64,000 nucleotides of DNA, taken from NCBI GenBank assembly GCA_020632495.1, contig JACKFL010000005.1, positions 1,036,925 to 1,100,924 on the forward strand, in the 5' to 3' direction. Under the pieces are notes generated by a model. That model did not search any database. It was not told where the DNA came from and was given only the letters and a program-made list of their open reading frames with translations. Source of the DNA: Candidatus Omnitrophota bacterium (GTDB lineage: Bacteria; Omnitrophota; Gorgyraeia; Zapsychrales; Zapsychraceae). This document shows, one piece after another, positions 24,776-33,911 of the stretch. Positions within the stretch are counted from its first letter, which is position 1. The number at the start of each line of letters is the position of its first letter. The position numbers and the translations under genes were made by a program.

Positions 24776-27145
24776 ATGTTTCGTCATGCTATCCTAAGTA
24801 TACTGATCGTAATGCTTTTCATGCCTGAGGCCGTCCTGGCAGCCGACCCGCCCACAGTGACTGTCGGGGTGGTGATTGACGGGCCGTGGAAGCGCAATAA
24901 TGAAATCTTTGAACTTTTGCGTTCCGAGGTCCACACTCTTACCGATGATGAGTTCGCGGTCCGCTTTCCCGCAGACAAGAGCCTCACGGCCGACTGGACC
25001 CGCGACGGTGTCTCCGCAGCCGTTGAGCGTTTGCTCAATGATCCCGGGGTCGATATAATCATCGCGCTGGGCGCGATCGCTTCAGACGACCTGGTCCATC
25101 GCGGACCGTTGCCCAAACCCGTCATAGCACCCTATATTCTGGATATCGAGTTGCAAAATGTCCCCCGGCAAGACGGTTCCAGCGGGGTAACCAACCTTTC
25201 CTATGTCACGTTTTCCACCCGTTTGCCGACCAGCATGACGACGTTCCATGAAGTCGTGGGATTTCATAAGCTGACTCTGATGACGAACACCTACGTCATT
25301 ACCGCCATTCCCCAGTTGAAGGACCGCATCCGTCAAATCGCCGGTTCGATCGGTATCGATGTTAGTATCGTACTCGTCGACGGTGCCGTTCAGGAGGCGC
25401 TCGCCGGTATCCCCCGCGGGACCGAAGCGGTATTTGTGGCTCCGCAGTTTCAGCTGGCGCCTGAAGAAGTCGATGAGCTGATCGCCGGGCTGATCGAACG
25501 CCGGCTGCCGTCGTTTTCAGGATTCGGCCGGTCGGAAGTGGAGCGGGGTATGATGGTCGGCCTCACGCAGACCGACTTTGACTTTCCGCGCATGGCCCGG
25601 CGCATCGCGCTCAACCTGCAGCGTATTTTGCTGGGCGAAAAACCCGAAGATATCCCGGTCGCCTTTGAAGAGGTCACCCAGCTGACCATCAATATGGAAA
25701 CGGCCCGTAAGGTCGGCACGTGGCCCAGTTGGGATATCATGCAGAAGGCCGAGCTGATCGGTGAGAATTATTTTGAATCAAAGGGGGAGTTGACGCTGGA
25801 AGAAGCCATTTCCGACGCGGTCGAAAAAAATCTGTCACTGATGGCCGGTTACAAGTCGGTTACGGCCGGGGCGGTGGATATCCGGCGTGCCTGGGCCACA
25901 CTGTTTCCGCAGGTCACGCTGGCCGGCCAATGGCGGAAGATCGACGAGGACCGCGCCAAGGCCAGCCTCGGTACGGCCCCGGAACGCACGGCCAATTCTT
26001 CAGCGACACTGACACAGATCCTGTTCAACGAAGAAGCCCTGGCAAATGTCGGGATACAAAAGCGTCTGCAGATATCCCGTGAGGAAGAATTTCGTCAGCT
26101 CAAACTGGATATCATCCAGGCCACCGCGATCACTTACTTTAATGTCCTGCGGGCCAAGATTCTGGAACGGATCCAGTTTGACAATCTGAAACTTTCCAAG
26201 GCCAACCTCGAACTGGCGGAGAAACGCGAATCCGTCGGACAGTCCGGATCGGCCGATGTTTACCGCTGGGAAAGTCAGATCGCCACCAACCGGCGGGATT
26301 TGCTGCAGGCCCAGGCGGACCGGCACAATGCCGAAATCGTCTTAAACGGGCTGCTGCACCGGCCGCTGGAAGATAATTATCAGCTGCGCGAGACGTCATT
26401 GGACGAACCGATGCTGTGGATCGACCGGGACCGGGTCATCCAGTACACCGACAATCCCTGGTCATTCCGTATTTTCCGGGATTTTATTGTCACCGACAGT
26501 CTGGAGAATACTCCCGGACTGCGGCAGTTGGAGGCGCTGATCAAGGCGAAGGATCGGCAGTTACGTTCCGCGAAGCGGGATTTCTGGCTTCCTGATATCA
26601 CGTTTCAGGCTAATGTCACCGATAATTTTTATGAAGACGGGGCGGGGCAGCCCGCTGCGCCGGTCAAGAATGACCGGGATGTGTCGGCCGTCGTCCAGGC
26701 CAGTTATCCGCTGTTTGAAGGCGGCGACCGGGTGGCCGAGGTCAAACAGTTGAAGGAAGAACTGGCGCAGTTGACTCTGCAACGGGATGCGTTAATGGAA
26801 AGTATCGAACAGGATATCCGGACATCACTGCGGGATGTCGGGGCCTCACACGGGTCCATTCGGCACGCGCGCAAATCGGCCGCGGCGGCCGGACAGAACC
26901 TCGAGCTGATTACCGACGCGTACGCCCGAGGGTCGGTGTCAATCATCGAATTGCTCGACGCGCAGAACGCGTCCTTGGTCGCGGACCAGGTGTCGGCCAA
27001 TGCTGTTTACGATTTTATGATCGACTTTATGGTTATGCAACGCAATATGGGTTATTACATGTTCATGTTGAACGAAGAAGAGCGCCGGGAGTGGTTGGAA
27101 CGGCTCGCCGCTTTCTTCTCCGACCGCGGGATCACGGTCGAATAG
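24776..27145 (+). CDS. TolC-like outer-membrane efflux protein fused to an N-terminal ABC-substrate-binding-like (type I PBP, COG2984-like) domain
   Basis: Signal peptide MFRHAILSILIVMLFMPEAVLA. The N-terminal ~330 aa end with ...ALNLQRILLGEKPEDIPVAFEEVTQLTINMETARKVG, typical of the ABC_sub_bind family. The C-terminal ~450 aa carry the two TolC/OEP repeats (LTLEEAISDAVEKNLSL..., ...IELLDAQN). Confidence 0.8.
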   Translation: MFRHAILSILIVMLFMPEAVLAADPPTVTVGVVIDGPWKRNNEIFELLRSEVHTLTDDEFAVRFPADKSLTADWTRDGVSAAVERLLNDPGVDIIIALGAIASDDLVHRGPLPKPVIAPYILDIELQNVPRQDGSSGVTNLSYVTFSTRLPTSMTTFHEVVGFHKLTLMTNTYVITAIPQLKDRIRQIAGSIGIDVSIVLVDGAVQEALAGIPRGTEAVFVAPQFQLAPEEVDELIAGLIERRLPSFSGFGRSEVERGMMVGLTQTDFDFPRMARRIALNLQRILLGEKPEDIPVAFEEVTQLTINMETARKVGTWPSWDIMQKAELIGENYFESKGELTLEEAISDAVEKNLSLMAGYKSVTAGAVDIRRAWATLFPQVTLAGQWRKIDEDRAKASLGTAPERTANSSATLTQILFNEEALANVGIQKRLQISREEEFRQLKLDIIQATAITYFNVLRAKILERIQFDNLKLSKANLELAEKRESVGQSGSADVYRWESQIATNRRDLLQAQADRHNAEIVLNGLLHRPLEDNYQLRETSLDEPMLWIDRDRVIQYTDNPWSFRIFRDFIVTDSLENTPGLRQLEALIKAKDRQLRSAKRDFWLPDITFQANVTDNFYEDGAGQPAAPVKNDRDVSAVVQASYPLFEGGDRVAEVKQLKEELAQLTLQRDALMESIEQDIRTSLRDVGASHGSIRHARKSAAAAGQNLELITDAYARGSVSIIELLDAQNASLVADQVSANAVYDFMIDFMVMQRNMGYYMFMLNEEERREWLERLAAFFSDRGITVE

Positions 27146-27159
27146 GGACGGAGGATAAT

Positions 27160-28245
27160 ATGCGTAAAGAATACGCGGGTGTCATCATCGCGGCGGTCCT
27201 CATATCCGGTTGCGTTCAGCCGGAACCGCCGCAGGAGGTCATCCGGCCGGTACGGGTTGAGCGGGTATATAAAACGGACGGTGCGCGGGTGCGTACATTC
27301 TCGGGCGTCGCCTCGGCCGGCGTGGAGTCCAAACTGAGTTTTAAAGTCGGCGGGACCGTCGAGAAAAAGATGGTCAATGTCGGCGATCTGGTGAGGCAGG
27401 GCGATTTGATTGCTCAGCTCGATCCCCAGGACTTTTCGCTTCAGGCGCAGGAAGTCGAGGCCCAGATCGCCCAGGCGGAGGCGCAGGCGCGCAATACCAA
27501 ATCGAACTACGAACGGGTCCGCGCTCTGTACGAGAATAACAATGCGTCCAAAAGCGACCTGGACCAGGCACGCGCGGCCTATGAATCGTCCCAGGCATCG
27601 CTGCAGGCCCTGGCCAATACCCGCGAATTGGCGCAGCGTCAGATCGGGTATACAAAATTGCGCGCGCCCCGCGACGGGCATATCGCTTCGGTAGAGATAG
27701 ATGTGAACGAAAACGTCGGTCCCGGTCAGACAATTGTCGTCCTTACCAGCGATGAGGATATTGATGTCGAGGTGATGGTTCCGGAAAATCTCATTACGCG
27801 GGTTCGCAAAGGAGACATTGTTGAAGTGAGTTTTGTGGCCCGGCCGGACCGGATTTATCAAGGGCAGGTCACCGAGGTCGGCGTGTCGTCCGGAAGTTTC
27901 GCGACGACGTATCCGGTTACGGTGAATGTCGCGTCGGCGACGGGAGATGTCCGCTCCGGTATGGCCGCGGAAGTGGCCTTTCATTTTGTGGATAAAGGCA
28001 GCCGTGACCACTGGGTCGTCCGTTCGTCGGCGGTCAATGAGGACGCGCAGGGCCGGTTTGTCTACATAGCCGAACCCGCGGAAGGCGAGGCGGGTATGGC
28101 CACGGTGACACGCAGGGATGTCAGTGTGGGAAGCCTCACCGATGACGGTATTGAAATTCTGAGCGGTCTGCGTGACGGGGACCGGGTGATCACCGCCGGC
28201 GTGAGTAAGGTCCAGCCGGATCAAAAGGTGCGGTTGCTGCAATGA
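27160..28245 (+). CDS. RND efflux periplasmic adaptor (MFP/HlyD_D23 family) lipoprotein
   Basis: MRKEYAGVIIAAVLISGC lipobox, a coiled-coil hairpin (AQIAQAEAQARN...) and a beta-barrel region. GGAGGA Shine-Dalgarno. ATGA overlap with the next gene. Confidence 0.9.
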   Translation: MRKEYAGVIIAAVLISGCVQPEPPQEVIRPVRVERVYKTDGARVRTFSGVASAGVESKLSFKVGGTVEKKMVNVGDLVRQGDLIAQLDPQDFSLQAQEVEAQIAQAEAQARNTKSNYERVRALYENNNASKSDLDQARAAYESSQASLQALANTRELAQRQIGYTKLRAPRDGHIASVEIDVNENVGPGQTIVVLTSDEDIDVEVMVPENLITRVRKGDIVEVSFVARPDRIYQGQVTEVGVSSGSFATTYPVTVNVASATGDVRSGMAAEVAFHFVDKGSRDHWVVRSSAVNEDAQGRFVYIAEPAEGEAGMATVTRRDVSVGSLTDDGIEILSGLRDGDRVITAGVSKVQPDQKVRLLQ

Positions 28246-31200
28246 ATATAACCCGTCTGGCCCTGGAAAAGACACGGGTCACCGTGGTATCCCTGCTGCT
28301 GCTGATCGCCGCGGGGATCAGCGCCTACCAGGATATGCCGCGCAACGAAGATCCCGGTTTTGTCATCCGCACCGCCCTGGTGCGCACGCCGTTTCCCGGC
28401 GCCAGTCCGGAACGCGTTGAGCAGCTTGTTACCGACAAGCTGGAAAAAGTCATCCAGGAAATCCCCCAGATCGATTACGTCTCCAGCGAATCCAAGACCG
28501 GCGTCTCGCTGATATTTGTCAATATCAAGGAAAGTTACAGCGAGATGCGGCCGATCTGGGACGATTTGCGCCGCAAGGTGGACAGCGCGCGCAGCGAGCT
28601 TCCCGAGGGTATCCGCGGTCCGTTTGTGGACGACGAATTCGGCGATGTCTTCGGGATTATCATCGGACTGACGGGCGAAGGTTACGACTATGCGGAACTG
28701 AAGAAAATTGCCGACGAGGTGCGTGACGAACTCCTCACGCTGGGGGAAGTGGCCAAGGTTGAGATTCAGGGGGCCCAGGAGGAGCGGATCTTCGTCGAAT
28801 TTGATAACGCGCGGCTGGCGGAAACCGGAATCTCACCGGGCCAGTTGCAGACGATCCTGGAAAACCGCAACATCATCATACCCGGCGGTGAGGTGTTTAC
28901 CGAGGCCGAGCAGATTACCCTGGAACCCACCGGCAATTTCGAGTCGGTTGAGGATCTCCGCAAGACCGTCGTCAAACTTCCCGGTTCGACCGACGTCGTG
29001 TATTTACAGGATTTGGTCGATATCAAGCGCGGTTACATCGATCCGGCCAAATCCAAATTTCACTATAACGGCCGCCCCGGATTATCGATCAGTATCAATA
29101 TGCGCGCGGGAGGCAATGTCCTGACGCTCGGCGAACAGGTCCGGGACAAGCTGGCCTTCTTCCTGGAGAATTATCCGATCGGCATCGACTTTAACGCCTT
29201 CGCTTTTCAGCCGGAGCATGTTGACAAAAAGATCGCCGACTTTGAGGGCAACATTGTTCAAGCCATCCTGATCGTTTTGGCGGTGATGCTGCTCACCCTG
29301 GGACTGCGGACCGGACTCGTTGTGGCCTCATTAATCCCGATGGCGATGGTCACGGCGATCCTGGTGATGTCGGTCTTCGATATCGGGCTTGATCAGATGT
29401 CGCTGGCCTCCTTGATCATCGCGCTGGGGATGTTGGTCGACAACGCGATCGTGATGTCTGAATCGATCATGACCCAGATGGAAGAGGGCAAGCCCGCCCG
29501 CCAGGCGGCAATCGATTCCGCCAACGAATTGAAGATCCCGTTGCTGACGTCCTCTTTGACCACCGCCGCGGCCTTTCTGCCGATCTTTTTGGCAGAGTCG
29601 TCGACGGGCGAATACACCGCGCCGCTCTTTAAGGTCGTGACCATAACCCTGTTATCCTCCTGGCTGCTTGCCCTGACCATGACGCCCTTATTGTGTGTGC
29701 GGTATCTGAAAGTCAAGAAGGGTCAACAAGACAGCCTGGACACACCGTTTTACCGGCGTTACCGCGGGGTGTTATTGGCATTATTAAGGCATCCTTGGCT
29801 GAGCACGGCCGGCGTGGCCGTGATTTGGTGGGTAGCCATGCAGGGGTTTCAATTCGTTCCCAGCATTTTCTTTCCGCCGAACGATAAGGCGATCATGCAA
29901 ATGGAAATCGCGTTGCCGATCGGTACGCCGCTGGCCCGCACCGAACAGGTCGTCTCGGAAATCGAGTCGTATATCGCGGCCGATTTGATGGCCGGTGAGG
30001 GAAGGGCGGGCATAACCGAATTCGCCAGTTACATCGGGGTGGGCGCCCCGCGGTTTGTTCTGAATTACAATCCCGAACAAAGCAGTCCGGAAGTGGCTTT
30101 TATCCTGATGAACACCTCCGACCGCGATGTTATCGACACCGAACTCGTACCCGCGTTGGACAGCTTTGTTTTCCAGAATTACCCCGAGGTGACCGCGCGC
30201 ACGACACCGTTGCAAATGGGTTCGCCGGTCGACAGTCCGATTGAGATCCGGGTTTCCGGCAAGGATAAAGAGCGCATCTTCAGCCTGGTAGAGTCCATCA
30301 AGGCGCGTATGGCCCGGACACCGGGGATCAAAAATATCAAAGATGACTGGGGAATGCAGACCAAGAAACTTTTGGTCAAGGTCGATCAACCGCGGGCGCT
30401 GCGGGCGGGTTTGACCAGCCGCGACATCGCGGTGTCTTTGCAAACTATCCTCAGCGGCATTCAGACAACGGAGTACCGGGAGGGGGACCAGGCGATCCCG
30501 GTCACGCTGCGTTCGTCCGCGGCCGACCGCCAGGACATCGGGAAGCTCGAAGGGCATCAAATCTATGTGCAATCGTCGGGACGTAACGTGCCGCTCAATC
30601 AAGTCGCCGACATTGAAATCGTCTGGCAGCCGGCCAAGATCCTGCGGCGGGACCGGCTGAAGACGGTCGCCGTTCAGGCCGACGCTGCGGCCGGGGCCAA
30701 TTCCCAGGAACTGGCACGTGAACTGAATGCCTGGCTGAGAGAGGAAAGCCGCGCCTGGCCGTTGGGGTACAAGTATGAACTCGGCGGGGAGGTGGAATCC
30801 TCCGGAAAGGCCAACAAGTCAATCGGGGCCAAACTCCCCATCGCGGCGCTCATCATCATCCTTTTGCTGGTCGGCCAGTTCAATTCGATTCGCCGGCCGC
30901 TGATCATCATGATCACCATCCCGTTGGGATTGATCGGTGTGGTCGTCGGTCTGCTGGTGGCGCGCAGTTATTTCGGTTTTATGACCCTGCTCGGCGTGAT
31001 ATCATTGGCGGGGATCGTCATCAATAACGCGATCGTGCTGCTGGACCGGATCCGCATTGAAATCGATGACAACGGGATGTCACCGCAGGAGGCGATCGTG
31101 TCGTCGGCCCAAAAACGGCTGCGGCCGATTCTGCTGACCACGGCGACCACTGTCGGCGGTTTGATCCCGTTGTGGCTGGGCGGCGGGCCGATGTGGGAGC

Positions 31201-31310
31201 CGATGGCCATCTCGATTATTTTCGGACTGATCTTCGCGACCGTACTCACCCTGGGTGTGGTCCCGGTCCTCTACGCGTTATTCTTCCGCGTAAGGTTTGA
31301 ACACCAATAG
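28242..31310 (+). CDS. RND efflux permease (AcrB/HAE1-like)
   Basis: 1,022 aa with 12-TM RND topology and typical motifs (ALGMLVDNAIVMSE, GIVINNAIVLLD). Confidence 0.95.
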   Translation: MNITRLALEKTRVTVVSLLLLIAAGISAYQDMPRNEDPGFVIRTALVRTPFPGASPERVEQLVTDKLEKVIQEIPQIDYVSSESKTGVSLIFVNIKESYSEMRPIWDDLRRKVDSARSELPEGIRGPFVDDEFGDVFGIIIGLTGEGYDYAELKKIADEVRDELLTLGEVAKVEIQGAQEERIFVEFDNARLAETGISPGQLQTILENRNIIIPGGEVFTEAEQITLEPTGNFESVEDLRKTVVKLPGSTDVVYLQDLVDIKRGYIDPAKSKFHYNGRPGLSISINMRAGGNVLTLGEQVRDKLAFFLENYPIGIDFNAFAFQPEHVDKKIADFEGNIVQAILIVLAVMLLTLGLRTGLVVASLIPMAMVTAILVMSVFDIGLDQMSLASLIIALGMLVDNAIVMSESIMTQMEEGKPARQAAIDSANELKIPLLTSSLTTAAAFLPIFLAESSTGEYTAPLFKVVTITLLSSWLLALTMTPLLCVRYLKVKKGQQDSLDTPFYRRYRGVLLALLRHPWLSTAGVAVIWWVAMQGFQFVPSIFFPPNDKAIMQMEIALPIGTPLARTEQVVSEIESYIAADLMAGEGRAGITEFASYIGVGAPRFVLNYNPEQSSPEVAFILMNTSDRDVIDTELVPALDSFVFQNYPEVTARTTPLQMGSPVDSPIEIRVSGKDKERIFSLVESIKARMARTPGIKNIKDDWGMQTKKLLVKVDQPRALRAGLTSRDIAVSLQTILSGIQTTEYREGDQAIPVTLRSSAADRQDIGKLEGHQIYVQSSGRNVPLNQVADIEIVWQPAKILRRDRLKTVAVQADAAAGANSQELARELNAWLREESRAWPLGYKYELGGEVESSGKANKSIGAKLPIAALIIILLLVGQFNSIRRPLIIMITIPLGLIGVVVGLLVARSYFGFMTLLGVISLAGIVINNAIVLLDRIRIEIDDNGMSPQEAIVSSAQKRLRPILLTTATTVGGLIPLWLGGGPMWEPMAISIIFGLIFATVLTLGVVPVLYALFFRVRFEHQ

Positions 31311-31348
31311 TTTGGCGAACAACGTGTGCCACTAACGGAACGGTTGAC

Positions 31349-31954
31349 GTGGACAATATTCAAATCAATCAATGGCGGCGGCTTGAGTATCATGACCCGG
31401 AGCGGGTGCTGCGGCATCTTGACGATATTCAGACCGCGATTGCCGACAGCGCGATCGACGATAAAATCAAGAATCTGCGGACCAATACGCTTAAGGCCCA
31501 TAAAGAAGGACGCGAGGCGGCGCTGTTTTGCCATGGCTTGGGTAAGTCCGTGCTGAACCGCAAGGTCTATTTCAGCCTTCATGAAAAAGATGATTACGAT
31601 TTTATCGCCTGCTGGCAGGACCAGGCGGCACTGGTCTTTACGCCGGTCCAGCTAAAGGAAGTCGTCCCCCTGCAGATCAATCCGGAAACGACTTTGATGG
31701 ACGAGATCGCCAAGCTCGCCAAATACGCGGACTCGCAAAACTTGGTCGTGGCGGTTTATCTCAACCGGACCGGCCGGTTGAACGTCAAAGAAATTATCGT
31801 TCCGGATCTTAATATCGCGGAGTTATGGTTTTTCGGGGCCGTGAGTGAGGACCGGTCACGGTGGTTTTTGATGGGCGATCTGCTCGGCGAGAATCATTAT
31901 TATGAATTCGATTACCCCAACGGGGAAGAGCAGCGGTTAGCGGATAGCGGTTAG
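31349..31954 (+). CDS. Hypothetical protein
   Basis: 201-aa ORF (GTG start) in the gene series. No family recognised. The last 7 codons and the stop lie inside the AGCGGWT heptamer array. Confidence 0.55.
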   Translation: MDNIQINQWRRLEYHDPERVLRHLDDIQTAIADSAIDDKIKNLRTNTLKAHKEGREAALFCHGLGKSVLNRKVYFSLHEKDDYDFIACWQDQAALVFTPVQLKEVVPLQINPETTLMDEIAKLAKYADSQNLVVAVYLNRTGRLNVKEIIVPDLNIAELWFFGAVSEDRSRWFLMGDLLGENHYYEFDYPNGEEQRLADSG

Positions 31955-31966
31955 CGGATAGCGGTG
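31932..31966. repeat. Tandem heptamer array AGCGGTT AGCGGAT AGCGGTT AGCGGAT AGCGGTG (solo arm)
   Basis: Five consecutive 7-mers read directly. The same AGCGGATAGCGGTGA string occurs in inverted form at 42935-42955. Confidence 0.9.
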
Positions 31967-32057
31967 AATGAAGAGCAGGGGGATGGTGGTTGAAGTCATC
32001 ACATGACCGACAATAGTTATGGGGGTGAGCCCCTACTGTTTAATTAGGAGAGTCGAT

Positions 32058-32771
32058 ATGGCATCTGCACATGGAGCGAAGATCAAGATCAGAAAGGCGC
32101 ACGACCGCGGGCACGCGGACCACGGTTGGCTGAATTCCTGGCACACGTTTTCCTTCGCGGACTACCACGATCCCGCGCATATGGGATTCCGCAGCCTGCG
32201 GGTGATCAATGACGACACCGTGCAGGGCGGACAGGGCTTCGGAACGCACCCGCACCGCGACATGGAGATCATTTCCTATGTCATCGACGGGGCGCTGGAG
32301 CACAAAGACAGCATGGGCAACGGTTCGGTGCTCCGCGCCGGTCATATCCAGCGGATTACCGCGGGGACCGGGATCTCCCACAGCGAGTTCAACCATTCCG
32401 CCACGGCCCCGGTACATTTCCTGCAGATCTGGATCATTCCCGATCAACGCGGACTTAAACCGTCGTACGAAGAGTTCCAGGTGCGGTCCGCCGGCGGCGG
32501 TATGTGTCTGGTCGCCTCACCCGACGGGGCTGAAGGCAGCGTGACCGTTCACCAGGACGCGCGGCTGTACTTCGGACGGCTGGCGGAAGATGAAACCGTC
32601 ACCCATACCACATCGGTCGAACGCGGGGTGTGGGTGCAGGTGGTCAAAGGCGAGCTGACCGTCGCCGGGCAACGGCTGACGGCTGGGGACGGTATGAGTC
32701 TGGAGCAGGTGGAGGATATCGCGCTTGAGGCGGGGGGAGTAGTGGATTTTTTATTGTTTGATTTAGCATAA
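32058..32771 (+). CDS. Pirin-family protein (bicupin, quercetinase-like)
   Basis: RGHADHGWLNSWHTFSFADYHDP...GFGTHPHRDMEIISYVIDGALEHKDSMGN is the classic pirin N-terminal cupin. Confidence 0.92.
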   Translation: MASAHGAKIKIRKAHDRGHADHGWLNSWHTFSFADYHDPAHMGFRSLRVINDDTVQGGQGFGTHPHRDMEIISYVIDGALEHKDSMGNGSVLRAGHIQRITAGTGISHSEFNHSATAPVHFLQIWIIPDQRGLKPSYEEFQVRSAGGGMCLVASPDGAEGSVTVHQDARLYFGRLAEDETVTHTTSVERGVWVQVVKGELTVAGQRLTAGDGMSLEQVEDIALEAGGVVDFLLFDLA

Positions 32772-32775
32772 ATCA

Positions 32776-32879
32776 GGGATGAGGGACGGGGGGCGAAGGA
32801 CTAGGGATAATCGCTACGCATGTTGTCATATTTGTATGCCTGAATCTCGTCCCTAATCCCTAGTCCCTCGTCCCACCCC
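32776..32879. repeat. Heptamer-array inverted-repeat element (GGGAYNN arms)
   Basis: Left arm GGGATGA GGGACGG ... GGACTA GGGATAA. Right arm ...CCCTAATCCCTAGTCCCTCGTCCCACCCC. An 11-bp exact complement joins GGACTAGGGAT (32798-32808) and ATCCCTAGTCC (32856-32866). The element starts 5 nt after the pirin stop. Confidence 0.8.
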
Positions 32880-32920
32880 ATCGTATTTATACTTTAACCA
32901 ATACCCGAACACTGTATAAC

Positions 32921-33601
32921 TTGACTACCATGCCCTACGGCTGTTTACCCCTAATCCTGTTCATCTGGTTCCTCCTGCTGCTCCCCTTTGTCTTCGCCGA
33001 CATCATGCTCACCGCGTTGGGAAAATTGGGGGTGTCGCCGTCGGTGTCGGTGCTGATTGCCTGCGGCATCTTCATGGGCAGCTTGGTCAATATCCCCGTT
33101 AAACGCATCGCCCGGCCGGCCCGCCTGGAATACGATCCGCTGGCGTTCTTCGGTTTGGGGAGGTTTTTTTCGCGTAAAACTTTCATGCAGGAGACCGTGA
33201 TCGCGGTCAATATGGGCGGCTGCGTGGTGCCCTGTCTGGTGGTCCTATACGAACTCCTGCGGCTGACGGCGCTGGGACCGTGGGCCGTGCTGGCCGCGGT
33301 GATGACCACCGCGCTCAACGCATACATCTGCTATAAAGTCGCGCGGCCCATCCCGCAGGTCGGTATCGCGATGCCGCCCATCGTGCCCGCCCTGGCCGCG
33401 GCGGTCTCGGCGTATCTCCTGCTGCCCGAAATGTCCGCGCCAGTGGCCTTCATCGCGGGCGTCCTGGGGCCGTTAATCGGCGCCGACCTGATGCATATGG
33501 AAGACATCGCCGGGTTGGACACGCCCATGGCGAGCATCGGAGGGGCCGGGACGTTCGACGGAATAGTAATTTCAGGATTAGTTGCAACCTTGCTCGCTTG
33601 A
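32921..33601 (+). CDS. Integral membrane protein (DUF1614-like, tentative)
   Basis: Polytopic hydrophobic 226-aa ORF containing VNMGGCVVPCLVV. Start is TTG 32921 or ATG 32930. Confidence 0.65.
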   Translation: MTTMPYGCLPLILFIWFLLLLPFVFADIMLTALGKLGVSPSVSVLIACGIFMGSLVNIPVKRIARPARLEYDPLAFFGLGRFFSRKTFMQETVIAVNMGGCVVPCLVVLYELLRLTALGPWAVLAAVMTTALNAYICYKVARPIPQVGIAMPPIVPALAAAVSAYLLLPEMSAPVAFIAGVLGPLIGADLMHMEDIAGLDTPMASIGGAGTFDGIVISGLVATLLA

Positions 33602-33723
33602 TATATAATAGATCTTGTTAATCCGTTCATAATCTCAAACCAACTTTATCCCGAACGACGGAGTGTCTCTGACACCACCCGCCGCGCTCTGCATTTTCTG
33701 CCGGCGGCACCATAATTAACTGT

Positions 33724-33811
33724 GGAGAGATGCCGGAGCGGTTGAACGGGGCGCTCTCGAAAAGCGTTGTGCCTTCGGGTACCGTGAGTTCGAATCTCAC
33801 TCTCTCCGCCA
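33724..33811 (+). tRNA. tRNA-Ser (anticodon CGA), CCA encoded
   Basis: Hand-folded cloverleaf. Acceptor GGAGAGA/TCTCTCC. Anticodon stem GCGCT/AGCGT with loop CTCGAAA. Long variable arm. T-arm GTGAG-TTCGAAT-CTCAC. Discriminator G plus CCA. Confidence 0.9.
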
Positions 33812-33911
33812 TCATGCGGCACAGAGGTCAGAATAAAGAAGCTCAATGATAATCCTCAACAATCCCCCGGCAAATACGCCATAAACCCCCGACGGGAAAG
33901 GAGCGATCAGA

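Noticed and set aside
27055-28275. 406-aa minus-strand ORF, and similar ones at 37068-38069, 41678-42772, 47331-48353, 49268-51304 and 56379-57380
   Set aside because: Each is antisense to a + strand gene with clear family motifs (MFP, DUF547, DUF3500, spermidine-synthase-like, MMPL, ATP-grasp).
31349-31954. PD-(D/E)xK nuclease guess for the hypothetical protein (DYDFIAC ... VQLKEV)
   Set aside because: The guess rests on a single loose D...QxK pattern. No supporting motifs or context were found.
32776-32879. Cyanobacterial origin, suggested by STRR-like heptamers and by GGGATTAGGG/TTAGGG telomere-like strings
   Set aside because: GC content is about 60% and the gene content is non-photosynthetic. 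By eye, only about five or six copies of HIP1 (GCGATCGC) occur in 64 kb, far below HIP1-rich cyanobacteria. The TTAGGG strings are simply part of the GGGAYTA units, and there is no terminal location.
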